Below, one piece after another: positions 29,048 to 39,281 of a stretch of DNA of 64,000 bases. The DNA comes from Thermodesulfobacteriota bacterium. GTDB taxonomy: Bacteria > Desulfobacterota > Binatia > Bin18. A model generated the notes under the pieces. That model was given only the letters and a program-made list of their open reading frames with translations, ran no database searches and was not told the origin of the DNA. Every line of letters starts with the position of its first letter. The stretch's first letter is position 1. Where the stretch lies: positions 1,184,001 through 1,248,000 of the forward strand of contig OZ219926.1 in the NCBI GenBank assembly GCA_964291405.2. The letters run 5' to 3'. The translations under genes were made by a program, and so were the position numbers.

Positions 29048-31204
29048 TCACCTGACTTTTTCCGCCTGGTATAACCCCTCGACCGTGACCGGGACACCGT
29101 TATATACCGCCATGCCGGTAACGGGATCGACCCGCTGAGCGTCGGTGAGATCATTGGCACTGACCCCCGCGTGTTCGGAGGCAATACTCTGCCGGACACC
29201 CTGGCGCCCATGGTCAAACCCGTGCGGAATACTGACAACACCGGGCATGATGTCCTCGGTCGCAGCGACCGGCAGGCTGACCGCACCGGTCTGTGACGCC
29301 ACGCGAACCATTTGCCCGTTCTGCAGCTGGCGTTTGGTCAGATCGTCCGGATGCATGAACAACTCACATAGGTTGCGCCCCCTCATGAGGCGCTGGCAGT
29401 TCTGGGTTTGTGAGTTTTTGCTGCGAACATGGCGCCGGCCAATGAGTAAGAGTTCTTCGGACGAGCGTGCCGCGAGCAGCTCGGTTTCTAGCCGGCGAAG
29501 ATCCGCCATCAGTTCGGGCGGTGCGCAGTGAATCCGTTTGTCAGAAGTTTGCAGGCAGTCTGGGAGACGCGATTGTAATGGACCCAGATCGATGCCATGT
29601 GGGTGGTCCTTCAGCTTGTCGAGGGTCAATGCCGCTGGGTGGTCCGACGCTTTACCGTAGTGCCCGTTCTGCAAGGCGAGATCAATCATCGCGCCCGGAC
29701 TGATCGTCGGCTCGACCGGCAGCCCCTTACGTTCGGCAATACGTTCACCCAAGGCCACCAGTATTTCCCAGTCGTGCTTGCCTCCGTCCGTTATTGGCAA
29801 TGTCGGTTGCATGTACTTAGCCATATTCCGCACGGAGAAACTGTGGAAAATCAGCTCGTAGTGGTCGCATTGCAAGTGGTGGGCTGCAGGCAGGATGACG
29901 TTCGCATGGCGCGAGGTCGCGGTAATGAACGGCTCTAAGGCAACCATGAAATCCAGCGATGCCAAGGCTGCGTCGAGCTGGTGTCCATTGGGAAACGACA
30001 ATACTGGATTGGACGCAATGCACACGAATGCGCGAATCTGTCCTGTCCCTGCTGTCAGCATTTCTTCAGCGAATGTCGCCGCCGGCACCTCGCCGCCGAA
30101 CGAGGGCAATCCCCGTACCCGGGTACGCCACTCAGCGTAGCGTCCAGGGTCGGAGTTCGGGTCGGCGGCGATATCGACGGCAGGCGTGTTCCACATAAAG
30201 CCGCCCGGTCGATCCAGATTCCCGGTCGCAATATTGATCAGGCTGAACAGCCACTGTGTGACGGCCCCATACTGCTGGGCACAGGTGCCGATACGCCCGT
30301 ACCATACCGCCCGGTCGGCCGCGGCGAACTCTCTTGCCAGCTGACGAATGCTGTTCGCCTCGACACCCGTGACTGCTTCGGCGCGTTCTGGGGTGAACGC
30401 TATGAGCGCGACCGCCACCTCATCAAGTCCGTTCAGGTACCCAGATAGTGAGCGTGGATTTGCCAATCCTTCCTCGAACAGTGTGTTGAGGATAGCCGCG
30501 GCAAACGCAGCGTCGGTCCCGGGTTTAATGAAGAGGTGTGAGTCTGCAAGCTTGGCGGTTTCGGTCCGGCGGGGATCGATGATCACCAGTTTTCCGCCGC
30601 GGGCCTTCAAAGCCTTTAGCCGGTCGCGCACGCCGGGTGCGGTCATAAGGCTGCCGTTAGACGCCAACGGATTTGCGCCCGCCATGACGACATACTCGGA
30701 TCGGTCGAGGTCCGGGACGGTCAACAAAAATTGATGTCCGTACATCAGCGCACTCGTTATCAGATGGGAGATATGATCAATCGACGCGAGTGATGCGCTG
30801 TTTCGAGACTTCAAGGCGCTGCGGAGGTAGCCGATGTGCGTCACGATGCCGTAGATGGTCCCATACGCGTTCCCGATAAAATCGGCAACAGCGTCGTCGC
30901 CGGATCGGCGCTGTACATCGACCAGGCCGTCAGCAGCAAAGTCCAAGGCTTCGTCCCAGCCGATCTCCTGCCAACCCGATCCGCTCCGCTTGACCGGTTG
31001 TTGCAGCCGGTCCGGATCTTTGTACATCTCCTCAATGGCAACGCCCTTCGGGCAGATATAGCCTTGGCTCAACGGGTCGTCCTTGTCGCCGCGGACCGAA
31101 ATCACGTGGCCATCTGCGGTTTTGATCTCCAGCCCGCACACGGCTTCACACAGGTAGCAGTTCCGGTAATGCGTCTCGATTGTGCCCTCTACTTCAATCG
31201 CCAT
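29048..31204 (-). CDS. molybdopterin-dependent oxidoreductase with N-terminal 4Fe-4S cluster
   Basis: CYLCEAVC...CPKG, GANP, DPRRTETA, C-terminal MPGVVSIPHG. Confidence 0.92.
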   Translation of the reverse strand: MAIEVEGTIETHYRNCYLCEAVCGLEIKTADGHVISVRGDKDDPLSQGYICPKGVAIEEMYKDPDRLQQPVKRSGSGWQEIGWDEALDFAADGLVDVQRRSGDDAVADFIGNAYGTIYGIVTHIGYLRSALKSRNSASLASIDHISHLITSALMYGHQFLLTVPDLDRSEYVVMAGANPLASNGSLMTAPGVRDRLKALKARGGKLVIIDPRRTETAKLADSHLFIKPGTDAAFAAAILNTLFEEGLANPRSLSGYLNGLDEVAVALIAFTPERAEAVTGVEANSIRQLAREFAAADRAVWYGRIGTCAQQYGAVTQWLFSLINIATGNLDRPGGFMWNTPAVDIAADPNSDPGRYAEWRTRVRGLPSFGGEVPAATFAEEMLTAGTGQIRAFVCIASNPVLSFPNGHQLDAALASLDFMVALEPFITATSRHANVILPAAHHLQCDHYELIFHSFSVRNMAKYMQPTLPITDGGKHDWEILVALGERIAERKGLPVEPTISPGAMIDLALQNGHYGKASDHPAALTLDKLKDHPHGIDLGPLQSRLPDCLQTSDKRIHCAPPELMADLRRLETELLAARSSEELLLIGRRHVRSKNSQTQNCQRLMRGRNLCELFMHPDDLTKRQLQNGQMVRVASQTGAVSLPVAATEDIMPGVVSIPHGFDHGRQGVRQSIASEHAGVSANDLTDAQRVDPVTGMAVYNGVPVTVEGLYQAEKVR

Positions 31205-31275
31205 GGAGCTCTCATCCGGGTTGTCGCCTATTTTTTCCTCGGTGTGGTACAGCAACAACTCCTCAACATGACCCT

Positions 31276-31300
31276 GGATTCCCGTCTACACGAGAATGAT
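31276..31300. repeat. degenerate REP-like half element (TGGATTCCCGTCTACACGAGAATGA)
   Basis: Resembles the hairpin at 10490-10515 in the opposite orientation. Confidence 0.45.
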
Positions 31301-31328
31301 GGCGAGGGAAATTGCCGGTGTCCGTCTG

Positions 31329-32102
31329 CTAGCCCATATTCTTTACCATTCCACCGTCGATGTCATACGCCGCCCCCGTGATAAAACTGGCTCGTTCTGA
31401 GCACAGAAAGGCGACCAGGTCGGCAATCTCTTCGGGTCGGCCAAACCGTCCGAGCGGAATATGGGCGGTGGCAAAGTCGTTGATCATGCCGTCCGGGTCG
31501 TCGGGATTCAACGTCTTTGACAGACCACCCCACAGTGGAGTCCGCGTCGGCCCTGGGCAGACGGCGTTCACCAGGATGTTATCCTTGGCCAGTTCGTCGG
31601 CCAAGGTTTTGCTCAGACTGATGATGGCCGCTTTCGTGGCGTTGTAGTCGATCAATCCGGCGTTGGGCTGTTTGCCGAAGATCGACGCATTATTGACAAT
31701 CCGGCCCCATTTTTGTTTTTGCATCAGGGGAACGGCAAGCCGGGAGCAGCGAATCACGCTGAACAGATTGATATCAAGATTATCCTGCCACTCCTCATCT
31801 GACAGACCCAGCCCCTGACTCAGATGGTACCAGCCAGCATTATTGACCAGGATATCAAGCTTGCCGAACTGCTGTACCGTTGTGTCAAAAAGGGTCTGGA
31901 TGTCTGCGGCTTTACTGACATCAGCCTGGACTGCCAGGGCCTGCGGACCTAAAGCTTGGGCGGTGCGAGCTAATTGCTCCTCACCGCGTGCGCAAATCAC
32001 GACGTGGGCTCCCTCTTTGACCAGGCGCTGGGCCATAGCCTCGCCCAGACCGTAGCTCGCTCCAGTAATGACCGCTACGCGATCTTTTAAACCAAGATCC
32101 AT
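31329..32102 (-). CDS. SDR family oxidoreductase
   Basis: TGASYGLG, NNAG, YNATK. Confidence 0.94.
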   Translation of the reverse strand: MDLGLKDRVAVITGASYGLGEAMAQRLVKEGAHVVICARGEEQLARTAQALGPQALAVQADVSKAADIQTLFDTTVQQFGKLDILVNNAGWYHLSQGLGLSDEEWQDNLDINLFSVIRCSRLAVPLMQKQKWGRIVNNASIFGKQPNAGLIDYNATKAAIISLSKTLADELAKDNILVNAVCPGPTRTPLWGGLSKTLNPDDPDGMINDFATAHIPLGRFGRPEEIADLVAFLCSERASFITGAAYDIDGGMVKNMG

Positions 32103-32236
32103 GTCTCCCTCCTTTCGACTTTATCGCTTATCAATTCGGGGTTGCGATATCAAATCGTGGGATGACTTTACAATACGGTGGGCAGGTACTAGAAGGTGAG
32201 TTGCCATATGAGCAGATAATTCAGAAGGAGGCAACG

Positions 32237-33457
32237 ATGGCGATGGGACTGGACCAGGTACAACCAGCGGCCCCGCTGGATTTTTTAATGATTGATGCCG
32301 ACCACCATTACTATGAGCCAGATGATTGCTTCACGCGTCATATGGAATCAGCCTATGCCAACCGTGCGGTCAATATCCGCAGAGGCGAGGGCAAGTTTGG
32401 ACGGGTGTATATCGGCGATGAACGTATGCGATTTTTTAGCGTCATTCCTGGTGACCACACGGGCGGGCCTGGCGCACTGCAGGAATTTCTCAAGAACCAC
32501 TCAGGCGAGGGCGATGGCCTGGTCTCGGGCGAGACTGTCTCAGCGCCAACATTTCCCGAATCAACAGACTACAACGTGCGGTTGCAAAAGATGAATGAAC
32601 AAGGGATCGAGGCAGCCCTGATGCTTCCGACGCTGGGTGTCGGCATCGCGCATGAGCTCCGCCACGAGCCACAAGCCTTGTTCGCCAATTTGCGTGCGTT
32701 TAACCGTTGGCTCGAGGAGGACTGGAGCTTTGGGAAGGATGGCCGTCTCTATGGTATTCCCGTCTTGTCGCTCGTGGATATTGACCTCGCAGTCGCCGAA
32801 CTCGAACGGGTCCTCGCCTTAGGCGCGCGAAGTGTGAACTTAACGCCAGGTCCGGTCAATGGGCACTCGCCGGCAGATCCGCTGTATGATCCGTTCTGGG
32901 CGCGCTGTCAGGAAGCCGGCATTCCGGTTGTGTTTCACCTGGGCAATGACGGCCTGACCGAAATATACTCTTCACAATGGAGTGAGAACCCCTCCCCTCC
33001 GAGCCACCGGCTCAGTCCGTTCCAACGGGTGATCGCTTCGACGGAACGCGCGACGGCTGACACCCTGAGCGCGCTCGTGTTCCACAATCTGTTTGGTCGA
33101 TTTCCGGGTCTGCAGGTCGTAAGCATTGAGAACGGGGCCACGTGGATTGCACCCTTACTCAAGGCCATGGACCACGCGGCGCGGTTGTCGGGTCCACGAG
33201 ATTGGACATTCGGACATGCTCCGGACCGACCCAGCGAAATTTTCAAGCGACACATTAAAGTCTCTCCCTTTCCGGAAGAGGACATTCCGGCGCTGGTCGA
33301 GGTCCTCGGGCCAGAAAACGTGTTGGCCGGTTCCGACTGGCCGCATCCTGAGGGATGTGCTGAGCCGATTGATTATGTGGAAGGGCTGGAAGGCTTGCCA
33401 CCTGAGGTGGTGCGTGCGGTGATGCGCGATAACACACAGAAGCTCTTTGGCGTCTAA
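32237..33457 (+). CDS. amidohydrolase_2 family protein
   Basis: IDADHH, LPTLG, FHLG, GSDWPHPEG. Confidence 0.9.
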   Translation: MAMGLDQVQPAAPLDFLMIDADHHYYEPDDCFTRHMESAYANRAVNIRRGEGKFGRVYIGDERMRFFSVIPGDHTGGPGALQEFLKNHSGEGDGLVSGETVSAPTFPESTDYNVRLQKMNEQGIEAALMLPTLGVGIAHELRHEPQALFANLRAFNRWLEEDWSFGKDGRLYGIPVLSLVDIDLAVAELERVLALGARSVNLTPGPVNGHSPADPLYDPFWARCQEAGIPVVFHLGNDGLTEIYSSQWSENPSPPSHRLSPFQRVIASTERATADTLSALVFHNLFGRFPGLQVVSIENGATWIAPLLKAMDHAARLSGPRDWTFGHAPDRPSEIFKRHIKVSPFPEEDIPALVEVLGPENVLAGSDWPHPEGCAEPIDYVEGLEGLPPEVVRAVMRDNTQKLFGV

Positions 33458-33540
33458 CCCGGCCCCACAGGTCTTTACCTGTCCCACGGGTCAAACTGTG
33501 TGACCAATCCGTGGGGCCGTTCTCCCCAGGAGGGAACATC

Positions 33541-35208
33541 ATGGCACACATGGATCAACACCAGCCGCAAGGCAACGGAGCGGTCGAGCACTATGACGTG
33601 GTGGTCATCGGGGCGGGCTTTGGCGGCCTGTACGCCCTGCACCATCTGCGCGGGATGGGCCTTTCGGTGCGCGTCTACGACGGCGCTGCCGGCGTGGGCG
33701 GCACCTGGTGGTGGAACCGCTATCCCGGTGCACGGGTCGATTTTCCGGGCAGCCCCTTCTACTGCTACACGTTTTCAGAGGAGCTCGTGCGGGAGTGGGA
33801 CTGGCCCGAGACCCAGCCCGCTCAGCCCACGGTGCAGGCCTATTTGGAGTACGTCGCCGACCGATTCGACCTGCGCCGCGACATCCAGTTCGAAACCTGG
33901 ATGCGCAACGCCTGCTACGACGAAGAGGCGCAGCGCTGGATGCTCGAAACCAGCGCCGGCGAGCGCGTCTCGGCCCAGTTTCTGATCTGCGCGGTCGGCA
34001 CCCTCTCGGCGACGCATATGCCAGACATCCCTGGGCTCGACACCTTTACCGGCGAGTGTTACCACACCGGCCGCTGGCCGCATGAGCCCGTCTCCTTTGC
34101 GGGGAAGCGCGTCGGCGTGATCGGGACCGGCTCCTCGGGGGTGCAGGCGATTCCCGAGATCGCCCGCGAGGCGGCACACCTGACGGTGTTTCAGCGCACA
34201 CCGCAGTACAGCATCCCGGTCCGCAACCGTCCTATGGACCCCGAGGTGGTGCGGCAGGCCCGCGAGAACTGGGCTGCAATCCGAGCGAAGATGACCGCCT
34301 CACCCCTGGGCGCGCCGTTCGAGGTCTCCGAGCGATCGGCCTTCGAAGATACGCCCGAGCAGCGCCAGGCGCTCTACGAAGAGCTCTGGCAGCAGGGTGG
34401 CTTCCATATCCTCTTTGGCAGCTATGCCGACATCCTGACCAACAAGGAGGCCAACCGCACGCTGGCCGACTTCGTGCGCGGCAAGATCCGCCAGATCGTA
34501 CGCGACTCCGCGACCGCCGAGAAATTGATGCCCGACTACTACCTGGGCACCAAGCGCCAGCTCCTCGACGACGGCTACTACGAAACCTTTAACCGAGACA
34601 ACGTCGCTCTGGTCGACCTGCGCCAAGACCCGATTCAGGAGATCACGCCCGAAGGCATACGCACCGCCAACAGCGAACACCTGCTCGACATGCTCGTGCT
34701 GGCGACGGGCTTCGACGCCATCACCGGCGCGCTGGTGCGCCTCAACCCGAGGGGACGCGACGGCGTCAGCCTTGAGGAGAAATGGCGCACGCGCTTCGAC
34801 TCTTACCTCGGCATGACGGTAGCCGATTTTCCCAACCTGTTTATGATCCACGGCCCTGGGTCGCCCTCGGTGCTCTTCAATATGCCGCTCGGCGCCGAGC
34901 TCGAGTCGGCCTGGATCGGCGACTGCGTGCGCTACCTGCGTAAACACGGTCTGGGCGCCATCGAGCCGACCCCCGACGCTGAGCAGCGCTGGGACCGGGA
35001 GGTCGCCGCGATCGCCAACGAGACGCTCTATCCCCTCACCGACTCGTGGTACACAGGGGCTAACATCCCAGGCAAACACCGCCAGTTCTGCGTGTACCTG
35101 GGCGGTCCCGACTACTTCCGGCGCCTCTCCGAGGTCGCCTCTCAGGGCTACGAGGGCTTCGTGTTCGAGGAGGAGTCCCGTCAACTGACCGAGAAACTTG
35201 CCAGCTAG
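33541..35208 (+). CDS. Baeyer-Villiger monooxygenase (cyclohexanone monooxygenase family)
   Basis: GAGFGG, GGTWWWNRYPG, FTGECYHTGRWP fingerprint, GTGSSG. Confidence 0.95.
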   Translation: MAHMDQHQPQGNGAVEHYDVVVIGAGFGGLYALHHLRGMGLSVRVYDGAAGVGGTWWWNRYPGARVDFPGSPFYCYTFSEELVREWDWPETQPAQPTVQAYLEYVADRFDLRRDIQFETWMRNACYDEEAQRWMLETSAGERVSAQFLICAVGTLSATHMPDIPGLDTFTGECYHTGRWPHEPVSFAGKRVGVIGTGSSGVQAIPEIAREAAHLTVFQRTPQYSIPVRNRPMDPEVVRQARENWAAIRAKMTASPLGAPFEVSERSAFEDTPEQRQALYEELWQQGGFHILFGSYADILTNKEANRTLADFVRGKIRQIVRDSATAEKLMPDYYLGTKRQLLDDGYYETFNRDNVALVDLRQDPIQEITPEGIRTANSEHLLDMLVLATGFDAITGALVRLNPRGRDGVSLEEKWRTRFDSYLGMTVADFPNLFMIHGPGSPSVLFNMPLGAELESAWIGDCVRYLRKHGLGAIEPTPDAEQRWDREVAAIANETLYPLTDSWYTGANIPGKHRQFCVYLGGPDYFRRLSEVASQGYEGFVFEEESRQLTEKLAS

Positions 35209-35360
35209 AGCAGTTTCCACCGTGGTGTAGCGAGGTGCTTTCCAGAGTTCTGTAGGGTGCATCCCATGCACCACCTTTCCCCGGTGCGCAGGGCGCACCC
35301 GACTTATCGGGAAACGCGCGGAGGCCGGTGGACGCTACACTAATGTGAATTTTGCTCTAG
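35205..35360. mobile_element. 156-bp MITE-like element with CTAG ends, containing a GTAG-type REP pair
   Basis: Inverted ends CTAGAGCAGTTTCCAC...GTGTAGCG and CGCTACAC...GTGAATTTTGCTCTAG; internal GTAGGGTGCATCCCATGCACC and GGTGCGCAGGGCGCACCCGAC. Confidence 0.75.
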
Positions 35361-35486
35361 CGGTTTCGTATACCGGAACCGGAGCATACGTTCTCGTACC
35401 ACAAGTCATCGGGCCGTCTATTATCGTTCCCCACTCTGATAACCCGACGGCCCCCCGTTGGTATTTATCGTCGGGGTCGCGTCCAG

Positions 35487-35509
35487 TACATTATGCGGGG
35501 CATAATGTA
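35487..35509. promoter_or_regulatory. operator-like inverted repeat TACATTATGC-GGG-GCATAATGTA
   Basis: Perfect 10-bp arms, AT-rich, about 50 nt upstream of the LLM start. Confidence 0.55.
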
Positions 35510-35556
35510 ATCCCTGCCACTCAAAAACTGCCGGGTAATATTGGAAGGAGCTATGC

Positions 35557-36537
35557 ATGCACGACCCCAAGTTTGGATTACTTCTACCTGCGGACGACTT
35601 TGCCGCTGCCAAGCAGGCAGCCTTACAGGCGGAAAGCGACGGCTTTTACTCAGTATCGATGATCGATCACTTCTTTACTCCGCTCGGAGAACCTCAAACA
35701 CCTATGTTTGAGTGCTATACGACGCTAACGGCTATTGCCGCGGTGACCGAGCGTATCCGTCTCGCGCCATGCGTGACGTCCGTTTCGTTTCGCTCGCCGC
35801 CGATGTTGGCCAAAATTGCGTCTACCCTCGACAACGTCAGCAACGGCCGTCTAACGCTCGGGTTAGGCGCGGGCTGGAAGCCGGATGAATACCACGCTCA
35901 TGGCTATCCCTATCTCTCGAATCGGGAGCGATTGGATCAACTCGCGGAAGCCGTTCAGGTGGTGAAGGCGATGTGGACCCAGGAAGAACCGCGCTTTCAG
36001 GGCAAACATTTCTCGATTCATAACGCCTACAACAATCCCCGGCCCGTCCAGAAACCTCATCCGCCGCTGATGCTGGGTGGCTCGGGCAGCGGTCTGCTCA
36101 AGATCGCCGCCGCAGAAGCGGATATTCTGAATATCAACCCACCGGTCTTTAATGGCAAGGATTATCCGAACGATCCGGCTATGACCTTGAAGTTCAACAC
36201 GCCCTATTTGAAAAAACGGATTGGCATGCTGCACGGCTATATGGAAGAATGCGGGCGTGACCCACAGGAGATAGAGTTGGGTTCTTTAATGGTACTCCAC
36301 CTGACCCGAGACTCCGCAGACGCGGCACTCGCCCAAACCGCGGCTTTTCTCGGCTTCCCCGATGCCGACGCTGCGCTGCGGTCGCCCCTGACCTTGATGG
36401 GTACACCAGACAGAGTCAAACGGGATATCCACACTCGTATTGAGGAGATGGGTCTTACCTACACGATCGTTATCCCGGTCTCCCCAGAGTCTCATGAACT
36501 GTTTGTGCATGAGGTGATGCCTGAGTTTGTGTCGTGA
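35557..36537 (+). CDS. LLM-class (possibly F420-dependent) oxidoreductase
   Basis: DHF, ECYTTL, TLDNVSNGRL, GLGAGW, PVQKPHPP. Confidence 0.9.
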   Translation: MHDPKFGLLLPADDFAAAKQAALQAESDGFYSVSMIDHFFTPLGEPQTPMFECYTTLTAIAAVTERIRLAPCVTSVSFRSPPMLAKIASTLDNVSNGRLTLGLGAGWKPDEYHAHGYPYLSNRERLDQLAEAVQVVKAMWTQEEPRFQGKHFSIHNAYNNPRPVQKPHPPLMLGGSGSGLLKIAAAEADILNINPPVFNGKDYPNDPAMTLKFNTPYLKKRIGMLHGYMEECGRDPQEIELGSLMVLHLTRDSADAALAQTAAFLGFPDADAALRSPLTLMGTPDRVKRDIHTRIEEMGLTYTIVIPVSPESHELFVHEVMPEFVS

Positions 36538-36568
36538 GGGGATCAGTCCAGTCGAACGGAGAAAAACA

Positions 36569-37336
36569 GTGAGCGACATCAAGCAATCCATACACGATCA
36601 GTTTGGTCGGGCAGCTGCGCAGTATAAAACCAGCCAGGTCCATGCCACGGGCGAGGATTTGGCCCGGATTGCCGAGCTGGTGCGACAGCAGGAACCGCCG
36701 TACGCCCTGGATGCGGGCTGTGGAGCGGGCCATACCTCGGTGGCCATCGCTCCGCATAGCCGCCGGGTCGTCGCCCTTGACCTCACTCCGCATATGCTGG
36801 AACAGGTCGAGCAGTTGGCCGCCGAACGTGGCTTCTCCCATATCGAAACACGTCAGGGTGATGTCGAACAGATTCCGTTCGCCGATAACAGCTTTGACTT
36901 GGTGGTCTCCCGCTATAGCGCCCATCACTGGCCGAACCCCCTGACGGCGCTCCAGGAATGCCAGCGCGTGCTGAAGCCCGGCGGGCGGTTTATCCTGAGC
37001 GATATTGTGTCGCCTGAAGAGCCGGCGTACGACACCTTCTTACAAACGTTTGAACTCCTGCGTGACGCCTCGCACGTCCGGGACCACACGCTTGCCCAGT
37101 GGCAGGCCATGTTTGAACGCAGCGGGTTTCAGTCACGTGTCGTTTCCACCTGGCGTCTGCCGCTGGACTTCCAGGCCTGGACGGCACGGATGGCGACTCC
37201 GCCGGCACGAGTCGCCATGGTGCAGCATTTGTATGATAGCGCGCCTGAGGAGATCCGAACGGCTTTCGCTATTCAAGACAATTACGATTTTGCCCTGTAC
37301 GGAGCGCTGTTTGAGGCGACCCGTCAGAGCGGCTAG
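36569..37336 (+). CDS. class I SAM-dependent methyltransferase
   Basis: LDAGCGAG, PFADNSFD, VLKPGG, RDASHVR. Confidence 0.9.
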   Translation: MSDIKQSIHDQFGRAAAQYKTSQVHATGEDLARIAELVRQQEPPYALDAGCGAGHTSVAIAPHSRRVVALDLTPHMLEQVEQLAAERGFSHIETRQGDVEQIPFADNSFDLVVSRYSAHHWPNPLTALQECQRVLKPGGRFILSDIVSPEEPAYDTFLQTFELLRDASHVRDHTLAQWQAMFERSGFQSRVVSTWRLPLDFQAWTARMATPPARVAMVQHLYDSAPEEIRTAFAIQDNYDFALYGALFEATRQSG

Positions 37337-37348
37337 CGGGAGGCAGCC

Positions 37349-38575
37349 ATGGGCACGATAGTCTTACGCGACGGCGTCATCTTCGACGGCCATAGTCCCG
37401 AGTTGCTCGACGGGGCGGACGTCCTGATCGAAGACGGTGAAATCAAGGAGGTTGCCGAGCGGCCGCTCAAGACCGTCGGCGCCCAGGAAATCCGTCTGGG
37501 TGGGCGTTTTCTCATGCCCGGTCTGATCGACGCCCACTTTCACGCCTATGCCGCCCATGTCAATCTCGCCAGCCTGGACGATTGGCCCATGTCGCTTTTG
37601 AGCCAACACGCCCGCACGCTGCTGGAAGACGCTCTCCAGCGTGGCTTTACCAGCGTGCGAGATGCGGCCGGAGCCGACTTTGGCCTGGCCGCCGCGGTTG
37701 AGCAGGGCTTGATCAAGGGGCCCCGTCTGTTTTTCTCGGGCCGGGCCTTGAGCCAGACCGGCGGGCATGGCGATACGCGGCCGGTCAAACATTTTGAGCC
37801 GTGCGCCTGCGGGTTTCAGGGCTGTCTGTCACAGGTCGCCGACGGGGTGGACGCGGTCCGTCGGGCGGCCCGGGAAGAGCTGCGCAAAGGGGCACATCAG
37901 ATCAAAATCATGGCTACGGGCGGCCTCTCCTCACCGACCGACCCGGTGTGGATGCTGCAATACTCGGACGAGGAAATCCGCGCCGCGGTCGAGGAGGCAG
38001 CCTCGCGGCGCACCTATGTCATGGCCCACGCCTACACCGCGGAAGCCGTTGCCCGCGTCGTCAAGCTGGGGGTGCGCTCAATCGAGCACGCCAACCTGAT
38101 CGACCAACCAACCGCCGAACTGGTCGCCCAGCACGGAGCCTATGTCGTCCCCACCCTGGTGACGTATGAAACCCTCGGAGAGCTGGGCAAGGAGTTGGGC
38201 CTGCCCGAGGGCAATATCGTCAAGCTGAAAGAAATTCAGACCGCGGGGCTGACCTCGCTTGAGCGGTGTCGGGCGGCCGGGATAAAGCTGGGCTACGGAA
38301 CCGATCTGCTGGGGCCCCTACACGCCCAGCAGTGCCGAGAGTTCCTGATTCGACGAGAGGTCCTCAACCCCATCGACATCCTGCGCTCAGCAACGACGAT
38401 CAACGCCGAAATTCTGAACCAGTCGGGAAAACTTGGAACGGTTGCTCCGGGAGCGTACGCCGACTTGGTTGTGTTTGATGGCAGCCCGCTTGAAGACCTC
38501 GGGGTCTTACAGCCCGAGGCTGGCGGGCCGCAGCTGGTGATGAAGGCCGGCGCGATCTACAAGAACTCGTTGTGA
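37349..38575 (+). CDS. metal-dependent amidohydrolase (Xaa-Pro dipeptidase-like)
   Basis: MPGLIDAHFH, TGGHGD, MAHAY, SIEHAN, GTD. Confidence 0.92.
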   Translation: MGTIVLRDGVIFDGHSPELLDGADVLIEDGEIKEVAERPLKTVGAQEIRLGGRFLMPGLIDAHFHAYAAHVNLASLDDWPMSLLSQHARTLLEDALQRGFTSVRDAAGADFGLAAAVEQGLIKGPRLFFSGRALSQTGGHGDTRPVKHFEPCACGFQGCLSQVADGVDAVRRAAREELRKGAHQIKIMATGGLSSPTDPVWMLQYSDEEIRAAVEEAASRRTYVMAHAYTAEAVARVVKLGVRSIEHANLIDQPTAELVAQHGAYVVPTLVTYETLGELGKELGLPEGNIVKLKEIQTAGLTSLERCRAAGIKLGYGTDLLGPLHAQQCREFLIRREVLNPIDILRSATTINAEILNQSGKLGTVAPGAYADLVVFDGSPLEDLGVLQPEAGGPQLVMKAGAIYKNSL

Positions 38576-38605
38576 CGAGACGGTTTATCCGCAACTAACG
38601 GGAGG

Positions 38606-38790
38606 CCGTTTGTGCTGAGCGCCCTTCGCCTGGGCTCAGTAAGTAGGTCGGATTAGCGTAGCGTAATCCGACAAGGACGAGCTGTCGGCTTACGCCTGCG
38701 GCTAACCCGACCTACAAGGCTGCTGGCGGATCAAGTCCGGCATGACGAGAGCGTACCGGTACGGCTACAACTTACCGTGAAACGCTCTAG
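38606..38790. repeat. composite repeat cluster: GTAG-REP doublet (38643-38715) plus the right half of the 10457-type element ending in CTAG
   Basis: GTAGGTCGGATTAGCGTAGCGTAATCCGAC...GTCGGCTTACGCCTGCGGCTAACCCGACCTAC; 38727-38786 matches 10544-10603; lies between convergent genes. Confidence 0.85.
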
Positions 38791-39281
38791 CCTTCGACCT
38801 GTTCGGCGAGCCGCTGGGCCGTATCAATCAAGGGTTGGGTCAGCGCCGCCACCTCGGGGTCGGCACACATTATGATCTTGTCCGGGTCCGCAGCGAGGGG
38901 GTCAACGTCCACATGTCGGTGCGCAATGCGCCACTGTCCGTCCTGTTTCACCAAACGGTCCACGTAGCGCCCCTGGCCAAAGATCTTATACCCCCCTGGG
39001 GTCGCCAGCGCGGCCAGGACGCTAACCTGTCCGGTCGCTTCGTTCCCGTTGACCTCATACAGCAAATTACTGGTCATATGCCGACAGCGAATTTCCCGCA
39101 CGTGCACGCGGGCATATTCGCGCAGGGCCGCGTGACCGCGGACCACCCAGGTTGCGACCTGAAAACCTCCGTCGGGGGTGAAGCACTGCACCCAGGCTTC
39201 AGGCTCCAGGTTGTCTATCGCATGGGCATAGCGAGCACATAATTCTTGGATAGCGAGTTTCTCGATCCAGGTCTGTTCCAT
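38787..39281 (-). CDS. SnoaL/NTF2-like protein
   Basis: IQELCARYAHAID, FTPDG, GRYVDRLVKQDGQWRI. Confidence 0.88.
   Translation of the reverse strand: MEQTWIEKLAIQELCARYAHAIDNLEPEAWVQCFTPDGGFQVATWVVRGHAALREYARVHVREIRCRHMTSNLLYEVNGNEATGQVSVLAALATPGGYKIFGQGRYVDRLVKQDGQWRIAHRHVDVDPLAADPDKIIMCADPEVAALTQPLIDTAQRLAEQVEG

Noticed and set aside
29048-31204. Selenocysteine formate dehydrogenase
   Set aside because: No in-frame TGA and no FDH C/U-H motif; left as a generic molybdopterin oxidoreductase
38606-38790. Repeat cluster as a CRISPR array or integron attC sites
   Set aside because: No regularly spaced identical repeats with spacers, no cas or intI gene; fits REP/BIME
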